DNA of 32,000 nt from Candidatus Saccharimonadota bacterium (lineage in GTDB: Bacteria; Patescibacteriota; Microgenomatia; UBA1406; GWC2-37-13): assembly GCA_016432445.1 (NCBI GenBank), contig CP066689.1, positions 180,001-212,000 of the forward strand. The letters are read 5' to 3'. Below are positions 16,452 through 22,938 of this stretch, in pieces; the stretch's first letter is position 1; each line of letters starts with the position of its first letter. The notes under the pieces are model-generated. The model was not told the DNA's origin. It ran no database searches and saw only the letters and a program-made list of their open reading frames with translations. Made by a program: the position numbers and the translations under genes.

Positions 16452-16605
16452 GCGGATATTTAAGATTAATGCCAAATTCTTCTAAAAGTTCGAGTGATCT
16501 TGTAATTTTAGCCTGTGTTTTTTCTTCAAGAGAGTTAATAAAGTCTTCAACTGGTTTACTCCCAAATTGAGATTGGTAATATTTTATCTGCCATAAAATT
16601 TTCAT
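16417..16605 (-). pseudogene. HigB/Gp49-like (RelE/ParE superfamily) toxin remnant, C-terminal half missing
   Basis: From the internal Met: MKILWQIKYYQSQFGSKPVEDFINSLEEKTQAKITRSLELLEEFGINLKYPHAKKISG, then stop. The family normally continues with LyELRi...vlLhgF.KK. ORF-track entry 16417..16671 has an implausible N-terminal extension. Confidence 0.6.
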
Positions 16606-16731
16606 ATAATTTTTTATTACACTTAAATATTTTTGGGAAAGCCATAGTATATAAGCTACAAAGTTAAGCAAATAGTGTCGATTATAATTCTTCTTAGGAA
16701 TTTATATAATTAATGCCAGAGGAATAATTTA

Positions 16732-17889
16732 ATGCATAAAAATATAAAGCTTTTGGCTTTGTTTAATTTTTTTACAGATTTTCATCTGTATAGTGCCATA
16801 TTAATTATTTACTTTGCCAAAGTTACCGGATCATTTGTTTTGGGTATGAGTTTATTTTCGGTGGCCATGGTTTCCTCGGCATTATTTGAAATCCCAACCG
16901 GTATTTTTTCCGATTATATCGGAAGAAAAAAAACAATGGTCTTAGGCGCTTTATGCAGTATTTTATCGGTTGTTTTTTATGCCGTTGGAACGGGCTATTT
17001 AATCTTATTTATCGGTGCATTATTTGAAGGATTGAGACGATCTTGGTATAGCGGTAATAATGATGCTCTTTTGTATGAAACTTTAGCCAGCACAAACAGA
17101 AAAGATGACTATGCTCATTATTTAGGAAAAACCGGGGCCATGTTTCAAGTAGCATCAGCAGTTGGAATTATTATTGGAGGAATAATTGCGGTTTATTCTT
17201 TTTCCATCATCATGTGGCTTTCGGTGATTCCTCAAATAATTTGTTTAATAATCGCTTTATCAATTATTGAGCCAGTAAAACAAAGTTCCCAAAGCGGCAA
17301 TATTTATTCTCATTTAACAACTGCATTAGCTAAAATTTGGTCGAATAAAAAATTAAGATTATTGAGTATTAACAGCATAATTGGATATGCAATCGGTGAA
17401 TCAACTTATCAGTTTAGATCAGCTTTTGTAAATACTCTCTGGCCCCTTTGGGCAGTCGGATTTTCGAAAGTGTTATCAAGTATTGGTGCAGCAGTAAGTT
17501 ATTGGTATAGCGGAAAAATAATTAAAAAGATTGGAGCTTTCCGTTTACTTCTAATTTCCAATCTTTATGGGAAAGTAATCAATATCGGTTCTGTAGTTTT
17601 TGCTACTGTTGTATCACCGGTTTTGCTTGCCTTAACTTCATTATTTTTTGGGGCAACGGGTGTGGCCAGCAGTAAATTAAATCAAAAAGAGTTTACTGAC
17701 GAGCAAAGGGCGACTCTAGGGTCAATTAACTCATTTTTGGGAAGTCTGGCTTTTGGAGTTTTTGCCATTGTTTTAGGATTTCTTGCAGATCAATATGGTC
17801 CCACCAAAGCCCTCCTCATAGCATATTTTTTATCCCTACCAACCTTACTCATAAACTGGATTTTGTTTAAGAATAATAAAGATGAATAA
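16732..17889 (+). CDS. MFS transporter
   Basis: 385 aa, about 12 predicted TM helices, with the MFS-type loop motif GIFSDYIGRKKTM between TM2 and TM3. Confidence 0.8.
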   Translation: MHKNIKLLALFNFFTDFHLYSAILIIYFAKVTGSFVLGMSLFSVAMVSSALFEIPTGIFSDYIGRKKTMVLGALCSILSVVFYAVGTGYLILFIGALFEGLRRSWYSGNNDALLYETLASTNRKDDYAHYLGKTGAMFQVASAVGIIIGGIIAVYSFSIIMWLSVIPQIICLIIALSIIEPVKQSSQSGNIYSHLTTALAKIWSNKKLRLLSINSIIGYAIGESTYQFRSAFVNTLWPLWAVGFSKVLSSIGAAVSYWYSGKIIKKIGAFRLLLISNLYGKVINIGSVVFATVVSPVLLALTSLFFGATGVASSKLNQKEFTDEQRATLGSINSFLGSLAFGVFAIVLGFLADQYGPTKALLIAYFLSLPTLLINWILFKNNKDE

Positions 17890-18002
17890 TTTAGGGCTTT
17901 ATAACAATATTTTCAACTCCAGAGGTTAAAAAGTTAAAAATACCTTCAATATTATTACAAAACTTTTACAGAAGTTTAATATGTGGTTTATAAAATTTGG
18001 GT

Positions 18003-18428
18003 ATGGCAGTTGCTCCGATAGTTTCCAAGAAAAAAACAGTTGTTGAATCGAAGACAGGGGAGTCTACTATTAAAGTCGAACCTCCTCAGGAAACTTATGA
18101 AACTGAAAAAATGATTGTAAAAGATAGGCGGATTATTTGGTACATATGGCTTGTTATAGAAATAATTTTACTGCTTCGATTTCTTACCAAGCTGTTTGGT
18201 CCTAATCCTTCCAATGGATTTAATATCTTAATAACTATATTATCTGCTCCTTTCACATTTCTATTTAATGATCTGTTTCCTTTAAGTTTATTAGATGGAA
18301 GGAAAGTAATTGAGTGGTCGACTTTATTTGCAATGGTGGTATATCTTTTTCTGGCGATAATTTTTTCCCGATTCTTTAAACTTAAAAAACCCATTGATCC
18401 TCTGGAGGCAGAAAAGAAATCTAAGTAA
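18003..18428 (+). CDS. YggT-family-like membrane protein with N-terminal extension
   Basis: The track starts at TTG 17997; ATG 18003 is more likely. IIWYIWLVIEIILLLRFLTKLFGPNPSNGFNILITILSAPFTFLFNDLFP resembles the YGGT repeat. Confidence 0.5.
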   Translation: MAVAPIVSKKKTVVESKTGESTIKVEPPQETYETEKMIVKDRRIIWYIWLVIEIILLLRFLTKLFGPNPSNGFNILITILSAPFTFLFNDLFPLSLLDGRKVIEWSTLFAMVVYLFLAIIFSRFFKLKKPIDPLEAEKKSK

Positions 18429-18480
18429 ACAAAAATGAAAATGTGGTTGTAGTGATGGAAGAATAAAATAATCTGTCTTT

Positions 18481-18498
18481 TCTTACCAGTGTCTTACC
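18481..18498 (+). promoter_or_regulatory. Direct repeat TCTTACC-N4-TCTTACC (11-bp phasing)
   Basis: TCTTACC at 18481-18487 and 18492-18498. A third in-phase TCTTATT at 18514-18520. About 90 nt upstream of the ytxH-like start. Confidence 0.5.
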
Positions 18499-18587
18499 TT
18501 ATTTATAAGGATTTCTTATTGGTGAAAAGTATTATTGAAACACTAATTACAAGTTTATAAACAATCTTTAAAGGAGGTGAAACTATT

Positions 18588-18806
18588 ATGGCTAGAAGAT
18601 CAGATAAAGGAGTTAATCCATTACTTGCAGGAATTGTCGGTACAGTAGCGGGTGCGGCTGGAGCTGCAGCAACAATAGCTTTGACAGATGAAAAAGCTCG
18701 CCGCCGGATGGGCGACACTATTAATGATATTAAAGACCAGGTTGTAACCCGAGTAAAAGAATACACCGAGCAAAAACCTATGCAGTCAAAAAGAGCCGTT
18801 AGATAA
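18588..18806 (+). CDS. YtxH-like small stress/membrane-associated protein
   Basis: Strong SD (AAAGGAGGTG, 8 nt before the ATG). Gly/Ala-rich helix LLAGIVGTVAGAAGAAATIAL followed by a charged helix, as in YtxH-domain proteins. Confidence 0.55.
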   Translation: MARRSDKGVNPLLAGIVGTVAGAAGAAATIALTDEKARRRMGDTINDIKDQVVTRVKEYTEQKPMQSKRAVR

Positions 18807-18847
18807 TTTTGTTGAAGAGAAGATGGGTTTGAGCTAAACTGGTTTTA

Positions 18848-19804
18848 ATGACAAAAAAGTATTATATAAAGGAAAAAAACCTAAACTCATCTTCGCAAGG
18901 AGGCCTGCGAATTTTTTTAACGCATGTTTTTATTGCAGTTAATGCTGGAGTAGCGGTACTTTTGTTTTTATTTTTCACTATCCCGACGTCATCTTCTCAG
19001 CAGTCATTTTCCACTCTAAATTCTCAAGTTAATGTGCCTCAGGTGCAGGGCATAACTGATGAGCAATCATTAGATGTAAGAGATCCAATAATAAGCATAT
19101 CTCAACCAACAAAAGAATTTACTTTTACTCCGACCCCAAGTCCAACACCTCGTGTTTTTAAGAAAAAATCTTACAAAATAGCTATTTATGGTGACTCGAT
19201 GATAGATACAATGGGAGAGCTCCTAGAATACTTAGACCACTCCTTAAAAAAGAAATATCCGGAGCTTAAGTTTGGTCTTTATAACTATGGTGTAGGGGCA
19301 GAGAATGTGGAGATAGGATTAAGCCGATTTTACAATGATTTTAATTACCAAACAAGGAGCTATCCGCCGCTTCCTAATATTAGCACTGATGTTATCATTA
19401 TTGGCTCATTTGCCTATAATCCTTTTTCTCCTTACGATCGCAACAAACATTGGTTAACTTTGACTAAATTAGTTCAGACAGCTCAAAATACCGGAGCTAA
19501 AGTCTATATGCTGGCAGAAGTGGCTCCTTTAAAAAATGGATTTGGAAAAGGCCCAAACGGCGTTAACTGGTCTGATGAGGCTTCTTTTAGTCAGGTTTCT
19601 CAAATTATAGAACAGCTGGAGAATGTCATAGGGTTATCTAAAACGTTAAAAGTTCCTTTAATCAATGTATTCGAAAAATCTTTAATTAAAGGAGAAAAAT
19701 ATGGTGATAAAAAATACGTTAATCCCAGTGATGGTATCCATCCCTCAGTTGAAGGACATGAGTTGACTGCCGATAGTATTGTTGATACTCTAGAGTTTGA
19801 GTAG
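18848..19804 (+). CDS. SGNH/GDSL-family hydrolase, membrane-anchored
   Basis: N-terminal TM. Block I IAIYGDSMIDTMG (GDS) and block V SDGIHPSVEGH (DxxH). Confidence 0.75.
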   Translation: MTKKYYIKEKNLNSSSQGGLRIFLTHVFIAVNAGVAVLLFLFFTIPTSSSQQSFSTLNSQVNVPQVQGITDEQSLDVRDPIISISQPTKEFTFTPTPSPTPRVFKKKSYKIAIYGDSMIDTMGELLEYLDHSLKKKYPELKFGLYNYGVGAENVEIGLSRFYNDFNYQTRSYPPLPNISTDVIIIGSFAYNPFSPYDRNKHWLTLTKLVQTAQNTGAKVYMLAEVAPLKNGFGKGPNGVNWSDEASFSQVSQIIEQLENVIGLSKTLKVPLINVFEKSLIKGEKYGDKKYVNPSDGIHPSVEGHELTADSIVDTLEFE

Positions 19805-19819
19805 ATTTAAAAAGATTCT

Positions 19820-19837
19820 TCTTACATATTTCTTACA
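19820..19837 (+). promoter_or_regulatory. Direct repeat TCTTACA-N4-TCTTACA (11-bp phasing)
   Basis: TCTTACA at 19820-19826 and 19831-19837. The reverse complement reads TGTAAG-AAATA-TGTAAG. Confidence 0.5.
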
Positions 19838-19862
19838 TTCTTATTATTGTTTTCTAATACTG

Positions 19863-19878
19863 GACAATTAATATTGTC
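19863..19878. promoter_or_regulatory. Operator-like palindrome GACAAT-TAAT-ATTGTC
   Basis: Perfect 6-bp arms with a 4-nt spacer, just downstream of a TAATAC -10-like hexamer (19855-19860). Confidence 0.35.
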
Positions 19879-19919
19879 ATATTAATTCTTGTTTTAGGAG
19901 TCTACGTTATTAATTTAAA

Positions 19920-20007
19920 CTAGAAAGGAGGGGAAATGTAATTAGGAGATAGAGGAGTAAACAGGGAGGTATGGAATTAAAACAGCACAAATAAAATGAC
20001 TTCTCTT
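19920..20007 (+). ncRNA. Candidate leader/small RNA with four SD-like purine motifs and two mini-ORFs
   Basis: AAAGGAGGGG (19925-), TTAGGAGAT, AGAGGAGTA and CAGGGAGGT within about 50 nt. ATG-TAA start-stop at 19936-19941. 7-codon ORF MELKQHK at 19971-19994. Followed by the hairpin at 20008-20039. Confidence 0.35.
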
Positions 20008-20253
20008 AAAACAGATAGCTTGTTAAAGCTATCTGTTTTGTTAATTACAAGTTTTCTTAAAATTTATATGATTGATGATATCAATGATCAAGATGATAAA
20101 CAGGATACAACTGATGAGGTTGGCAACAGTGATTTAATTTCAGATCAAGAAGGTCATCCTACTGGTGAGGTTAGTAAAAATAAAGATGAAGAAGCTGATC
20201 AAAATGAGGTTGGGCAAGGCAGCCATCAGGGCGTAGATGAAGGCACTGATTGA
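19996..20253 (+). CDS. Small highly acidic protein (real start uncertain: 19996 or the internal ATG at 20068)
   Basis: Strong G-first-position codon periodicity from about 20068 on. Three (D/G/N)EV(G/S) repeats from GAGGTT(G/A)G units. The first 24 codons coincide with the hairpin, so MIDDINDQDD... (20068) may be the true start. Confidence 0.45.
   Translation: MTSLKTDSLLKLSVLLITSFLKIYMIDDINDQDDKQDTTDEVGNSDLISDQEGHPTGEVSKNKDEEADQNEVGQGSHQGVDEGTD
20008..20045 (+). terminator. 14-bp perfect hairpin + T-rich tail (terminator/attenuator)
   Basis: AAAACAGATAGCTT-GTTA-AAGCTATCTGTTTT then GTTAATT. It lies inside the 5' part of ORF 19996..20253. Confidence 0.6.
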
Positions 20254-20319
20254 GATCTTAGATCTTTGATCTGAGATCTTAGTTTTTTTCTAAGATCCAA
20301 GACCTAATATCTAAGATCT
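20254..20319. repeat. GATC-dense inverted-repeat cassette, copy 1 (~30-bp arms, T7 loop)
   Basis: GAGATCTTAGATCTTTGATCTGAGATCTTAG-TTTTTTT-CTAAGATCCAAGACCTAATATCTAAGATCT. 25 of 30 arm positions pair. Six GATC sites. Starts right after the TGA at 20251-20253. Confidence 0.8.
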
Positions 20320-20337
20320 TCTTACAGCTTTCTTACC
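20320..20337 (+). promoter_or_regulatory. Direct repeat TCTTACA-N4-TCTTACC (11-bp phasing)
   Basis: TCTTACA at 20320-20326 and TCTTACC at 20331-20337, directly abutting the inverted-repeat cassette and 6 nt upstream of a TTGACA box. Confidence 0.5.
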
Positions 20338-20342
20338 CACAT

Positions 20343-20371
20343 TTGACATAGTCTTTACATTCTGCTATATT
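20343..20371 (+). promoter_or_regulatory. Sigma-70-type promoter TTGACA-N17-TATATT
   Basis: TTGACA at 20343-20348, a 17-nt spacer, TATATT at 20366-20371. About 130 nt upstream of the GH18 gene. Confidence 0.55.
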
Positions 20372-20499
20372 TATATTGCTTCATTGTTTAAGTTAGTTCG
20401 TACCAATTTTTAGGCCTGCAGGGATAATCCACAAACAATATTCAAGGGGATGTCTCTGTCCAGTTGAGGGCTTCTTATTAAAAATTTAACTAATCCAAT

Positions 20500-21741
20500 A
20501 TGTTAAGTCTCCAAAACAATATTGTCAAAAGAATCATCTTAGGTTTTATATTCTTTTTATTAATCACCACAGGCGTTCCAGCATTCAATCTGGATCAACC
20601 TTTAGTATCCAATCATGTATCCGCAGATATGTTTGTAACGCCTCTATCGGCTAACAAAAATACTAAGGAGGTTTTTGGCTTTGCGCCTTATTGGAATATA
20701 GATAAACTGGATAATATTAATTTTAATGTTTTAACGACTTTAGCTTATTTTGATATCAAAGTCGATGCAGACGGCAATATCATTTATGATGATAGCCTAG
20801 AAATTTTTAAAAGTAAAAAAGCAACCAATCTTTTTAAGAAAGCTCATTCTCATGGAACAAGAGTAGTTGTGACTCTTACCCAGATGAATAATTATGAGAT
20901 TGAGATGATTATGGATGACCCTCAAGCTCAAGAGAACCTGATTAACCAATCAGTTGAGTTGGTAAAGAAAAGAGGCATTGATGGAATCAATATTGATTTT
21001 GAGTATGGCAGTGACCCTGGACAAGAATACAGAGATAAATTTACAAGATTTGTCAGTAATTTGACCAATCAGATGCATCAGGAGGTACCTGGTTCAAAAG
21101 TGACTGTTTCAGTTTACGCATCAGCTGTTAAAGACCCTAAAATTTACGACATCGGAGCCTTGGGAGCCAAGAGTGACGGTATATTTATGATGGCCTACGA
21201 TTTTGGCTACAGCGGTTCAGATGAGGTTATGCCGGTTGCTCCTTTGTACGGTCATAAGGAAGGAAAGTATTGGTATGATATATCCACTGCTGTTGAAGAT
21301 TTTTTACGTTATATGCCTTCAAATAAGCTTATCTTAGGTGTTCCTTATTACGGCTACAATTACCCAGTTTCACAACCTGAGGTTAAGGCTCAGACATTAT
21401 GGGGAGGCGTTTTTTCTCAAACTTATTCAGCCATTAAAGATGTGATTAAACCAGGTGCTCCTGGCATTTATGATTTTATAAGCGGCTGGGATGATGCCGG
21501 AAAAGTAAGCTGGAAAGCTTATCTTACAGATTACGGCTGGAGAATGATTTTTGTTGAGGATACTAAATCTTTAGGCATTAAATATGATTTTATTAAAAAT
21601 AAGAATCTTGGTGGAGTAGGTATATGGGCTTTAGGTAACGATGAAGGTAAGAATGAGCTGTGGTCTGTACTAGTTAATAAATTTGGAAAAAAATTAGCTG
21701 ATAACAAAGTTTCCCAAAAAGTTATTAATGACAATATATAA
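20500..21741 (+). CDS. Glycoside hydrolase family 18 (YaaH/YdhD-like peptidoglycan/chitin hydrolase)
   Basis: N-terminal TM/signal. The catalytic block GIDGINIDFEY is the GH18 DxxDxDxE motif with Asn at the second Asp. Also MAYDF and GVGIWALGND. Confidence 0.8.
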   Translation: MLSLQNNIVKRIILGFIFFLLITTGVPAFNLDQPLVSNHVSADMFVTPLSANKNTKEVFGFAPYWNIDKLDNINFNVLTTLAYFDIKVDADGNIIYDDSLEIFKSKKATNLFKKAHSHGTRVVVTLTQMNNYEIEMIMDDPQAQENLINQSVELVKKRGIDGINIDFEYGSDPGQEYRDKFTRFVSNLTNQMHQEVPGSKVTVSVYASAVKDPKIYDIGALGAKSDGIFMMAYDFGYSGSDEVMPVAPLYGHKEGKYWYDISTAVEDFLRYMPSNKLILGVPYYGYNYPVSQPEVKAQTLWGGVFSQTYSAIKDVIKPGAPGIYDFISGWDDAGKVSWKAYLTDYGWRMIFVEDTKSLGIKYDFIKNKNLGGVGIWALGNDEGKNELWSVLVNKFGKKLADNKVSQKVINDNI

Positions 21742-21744
21742 CTT

Positions 21745-22794
21745 ATGATAATTTTAAATTTCAAATTTCAAAACTCAAAATTGAAGATAGCAGCGTTGAT
21801 TCTCCTGATCCTGATCTTAAATCTTTTTAACCCTACTCCTTTACCTGGTAATGTAGGCACTTATTCTTATGTTGAAAAAAACAACTCTTTTGATCAGGTC
21901 AAACTGAGATTGCACCAGATACCTAACACCTATAAACTGAAAACAGACTCAGCAATTCTTTCTTCAGTTTATGCGGAGTCCTATGATGGTGCATCAGCTT
22001 ATGCGGTAGTTGATCTAGATAGCGGTGAAGTGTTGTTTGAGAAGTCTTTATCTCAGAGATTACCTGTAGCTTCTCTTACCAAGATAATGACTGCTATTAC
22101 GTCTTTGGATTTATCTTCTCCTGATGAGGTATTTACAGCAACCGATAGAGTGGCCTTAGTTATTCCAACAAGAATTGGGATTACTCCAGGGCAAAAGTTA
22201 TCCCTGGAGGAGCTTTTGCATGCTGGTCTTTTAACCTCAGCCAATGACGCTATGGAGGTTATAAAAGATGGAATAGATGCCAAATATGGAAAGGGAACAT
22301 TTGTTGCCGCCATGAACGAAAAAGCGAAATTTATCGGGTTGAAAAACACTCATTTTGATAATCCTCAAGGATTTGATAGCCTCAAAAATTACAGTACTGT
22401 AGAAGATTTAGCCGTTTTATCACATTACGCTCTGATGAATTATCCTATAATTAATTCTATTACCAGAAAAAATTATCAGTTTTTACCTCCTAATCAAAAT
22501 CATCCCCAGTTTGATTTATATAACTGGAATGGTTTAGTTGGAGTTTATCCTAATACTATCGGACTTAAAATCGGGAATACCAATGATGCCGGTATGACCT
22601 CAGTGGTTGTCTCAGAAAGAGGTGGTAAACGGTTGCTGGTGATTGTTCTGGGGGCGCCTGACGTAACAAAAAGAGATTTGTGGGCAGCAGAGCTGCTTGA
22701 TATGGGTTATTCTAAAGTTTTAGGATTACCCCAGGTGGCTGTTACTGAAGAGCAGCTTCAGCAAAAATATTCTACCTGGAAGTTTTGGGGGTAG
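21745..22794 (+). CDS. Serine-type D-Ala-D-Ala carboxypeptidase (PBP5/DacA-like, peptidase S11)
   Basis: SxxK ASLTKIMTA and SxN SANDA. The third motif reads KIGNT instead of K(T/S)G. Confidence 0.8.
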   Translation: MIILNFKFQNSKLKIAALILLILILNLFNPTPLPGNVGTYSYVEKNNSFDQVKLRLHQIPNTYKLKTDSAILSSVYAESYDGASAYAVVDLDSGEVLFEKSLSQRLPVASLTKIMTAITSLDLSSPDEVFTATDRVALVIPTRIGITPGQKLSLEELLHAGLLTSANDAMEVIKDGIDAKYGKGTFVAAMNEKAKFIGLKNTHFDNPQGFDSLKNYSTVEDLAVLSHYALMNYPIINSITRKNYQFLPPNQNHPQFDLYNWNGLVGVYPNTIGLKIGNTNDAGMTSVVVSERGGKRLLVIVLGAPDVTKRDLWAAELLDMGYSKVLGLPQVAVTEEQLQQKYSTWKFWG

Positions 22795-22795
22795 T

Positions 22796-22890
22796 TTAGA
22801 TCTTTGATCTGAGATCTTAGATATTTGACATTCGATTTTCGAAATTGATAATTATATTTCTAAGATCCAAGATCTAACATCTAAGATCTA
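22796..22890. repeat. GATC-dense inverted-repeat cassette, copy 2 (same arms, 39-nt core)
   Basis: TTAGATCTTTGATCTGAGATCTTAG-(39 nt)-CTAAGATCCAAGATCTAACATCTAAGATCTA. Seven GATC sites between 22799 and 22898. Starts right after the TAG at 22792-22794. Confidence 0.8.
22825..22852 (+). promoter_or_regulatory. Promoter-like TTGACA-N16-GATAAT inside the core of cassette copy 2
   Basis: TTGACA at 22825-22830 and GATAAT at 22847-22852, preceded by TG. A transcript from here would carry the right cassette arm in its 5' UTR. Confidence 0.45.
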
Positions 22891-22938
22891 GTTTGATCTC
22901 CTTGATTTACGGTTTACTTTCTGCTACTTTTATGATTG

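Noticed and set aside
18095-18766. Minus-strand ORFs 18095..18394 and 18503..18766
   Set aside because: They are antisense to the YggT-like and YtxH-like genes. The YtxH-like gene has a strong SD on the plus strand, and neither antisense ORF has a start context or motif.
20254-20499. Replication origin, suggested by the GATC clusters plus a near-consensus DnaA box TAATCCACA at 20425-20433
   Set aside because: There is only one DnaA-box-like 9-mer, no cluster of boxes, no AT-rich unwinding repeats, and no dnaA or dnaN nearby. The GATC cluster is duplicated 2.5 kb away, which does not fit a unique oriC.
20372-20499. Riboswitch (for example c-di-AMP/ydaO-type) in the ~130-nt 5' UTR of the GH18 / D,D-carboxypeptidase operon
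   Set aside because: The UTR contains G-rich patches (CAAGGGGA, TGAGGGC). I could not align it to any riboswitch consensus I know, nor find a convincing conserved fold by eye. Not supportable without a covariance-model scan.
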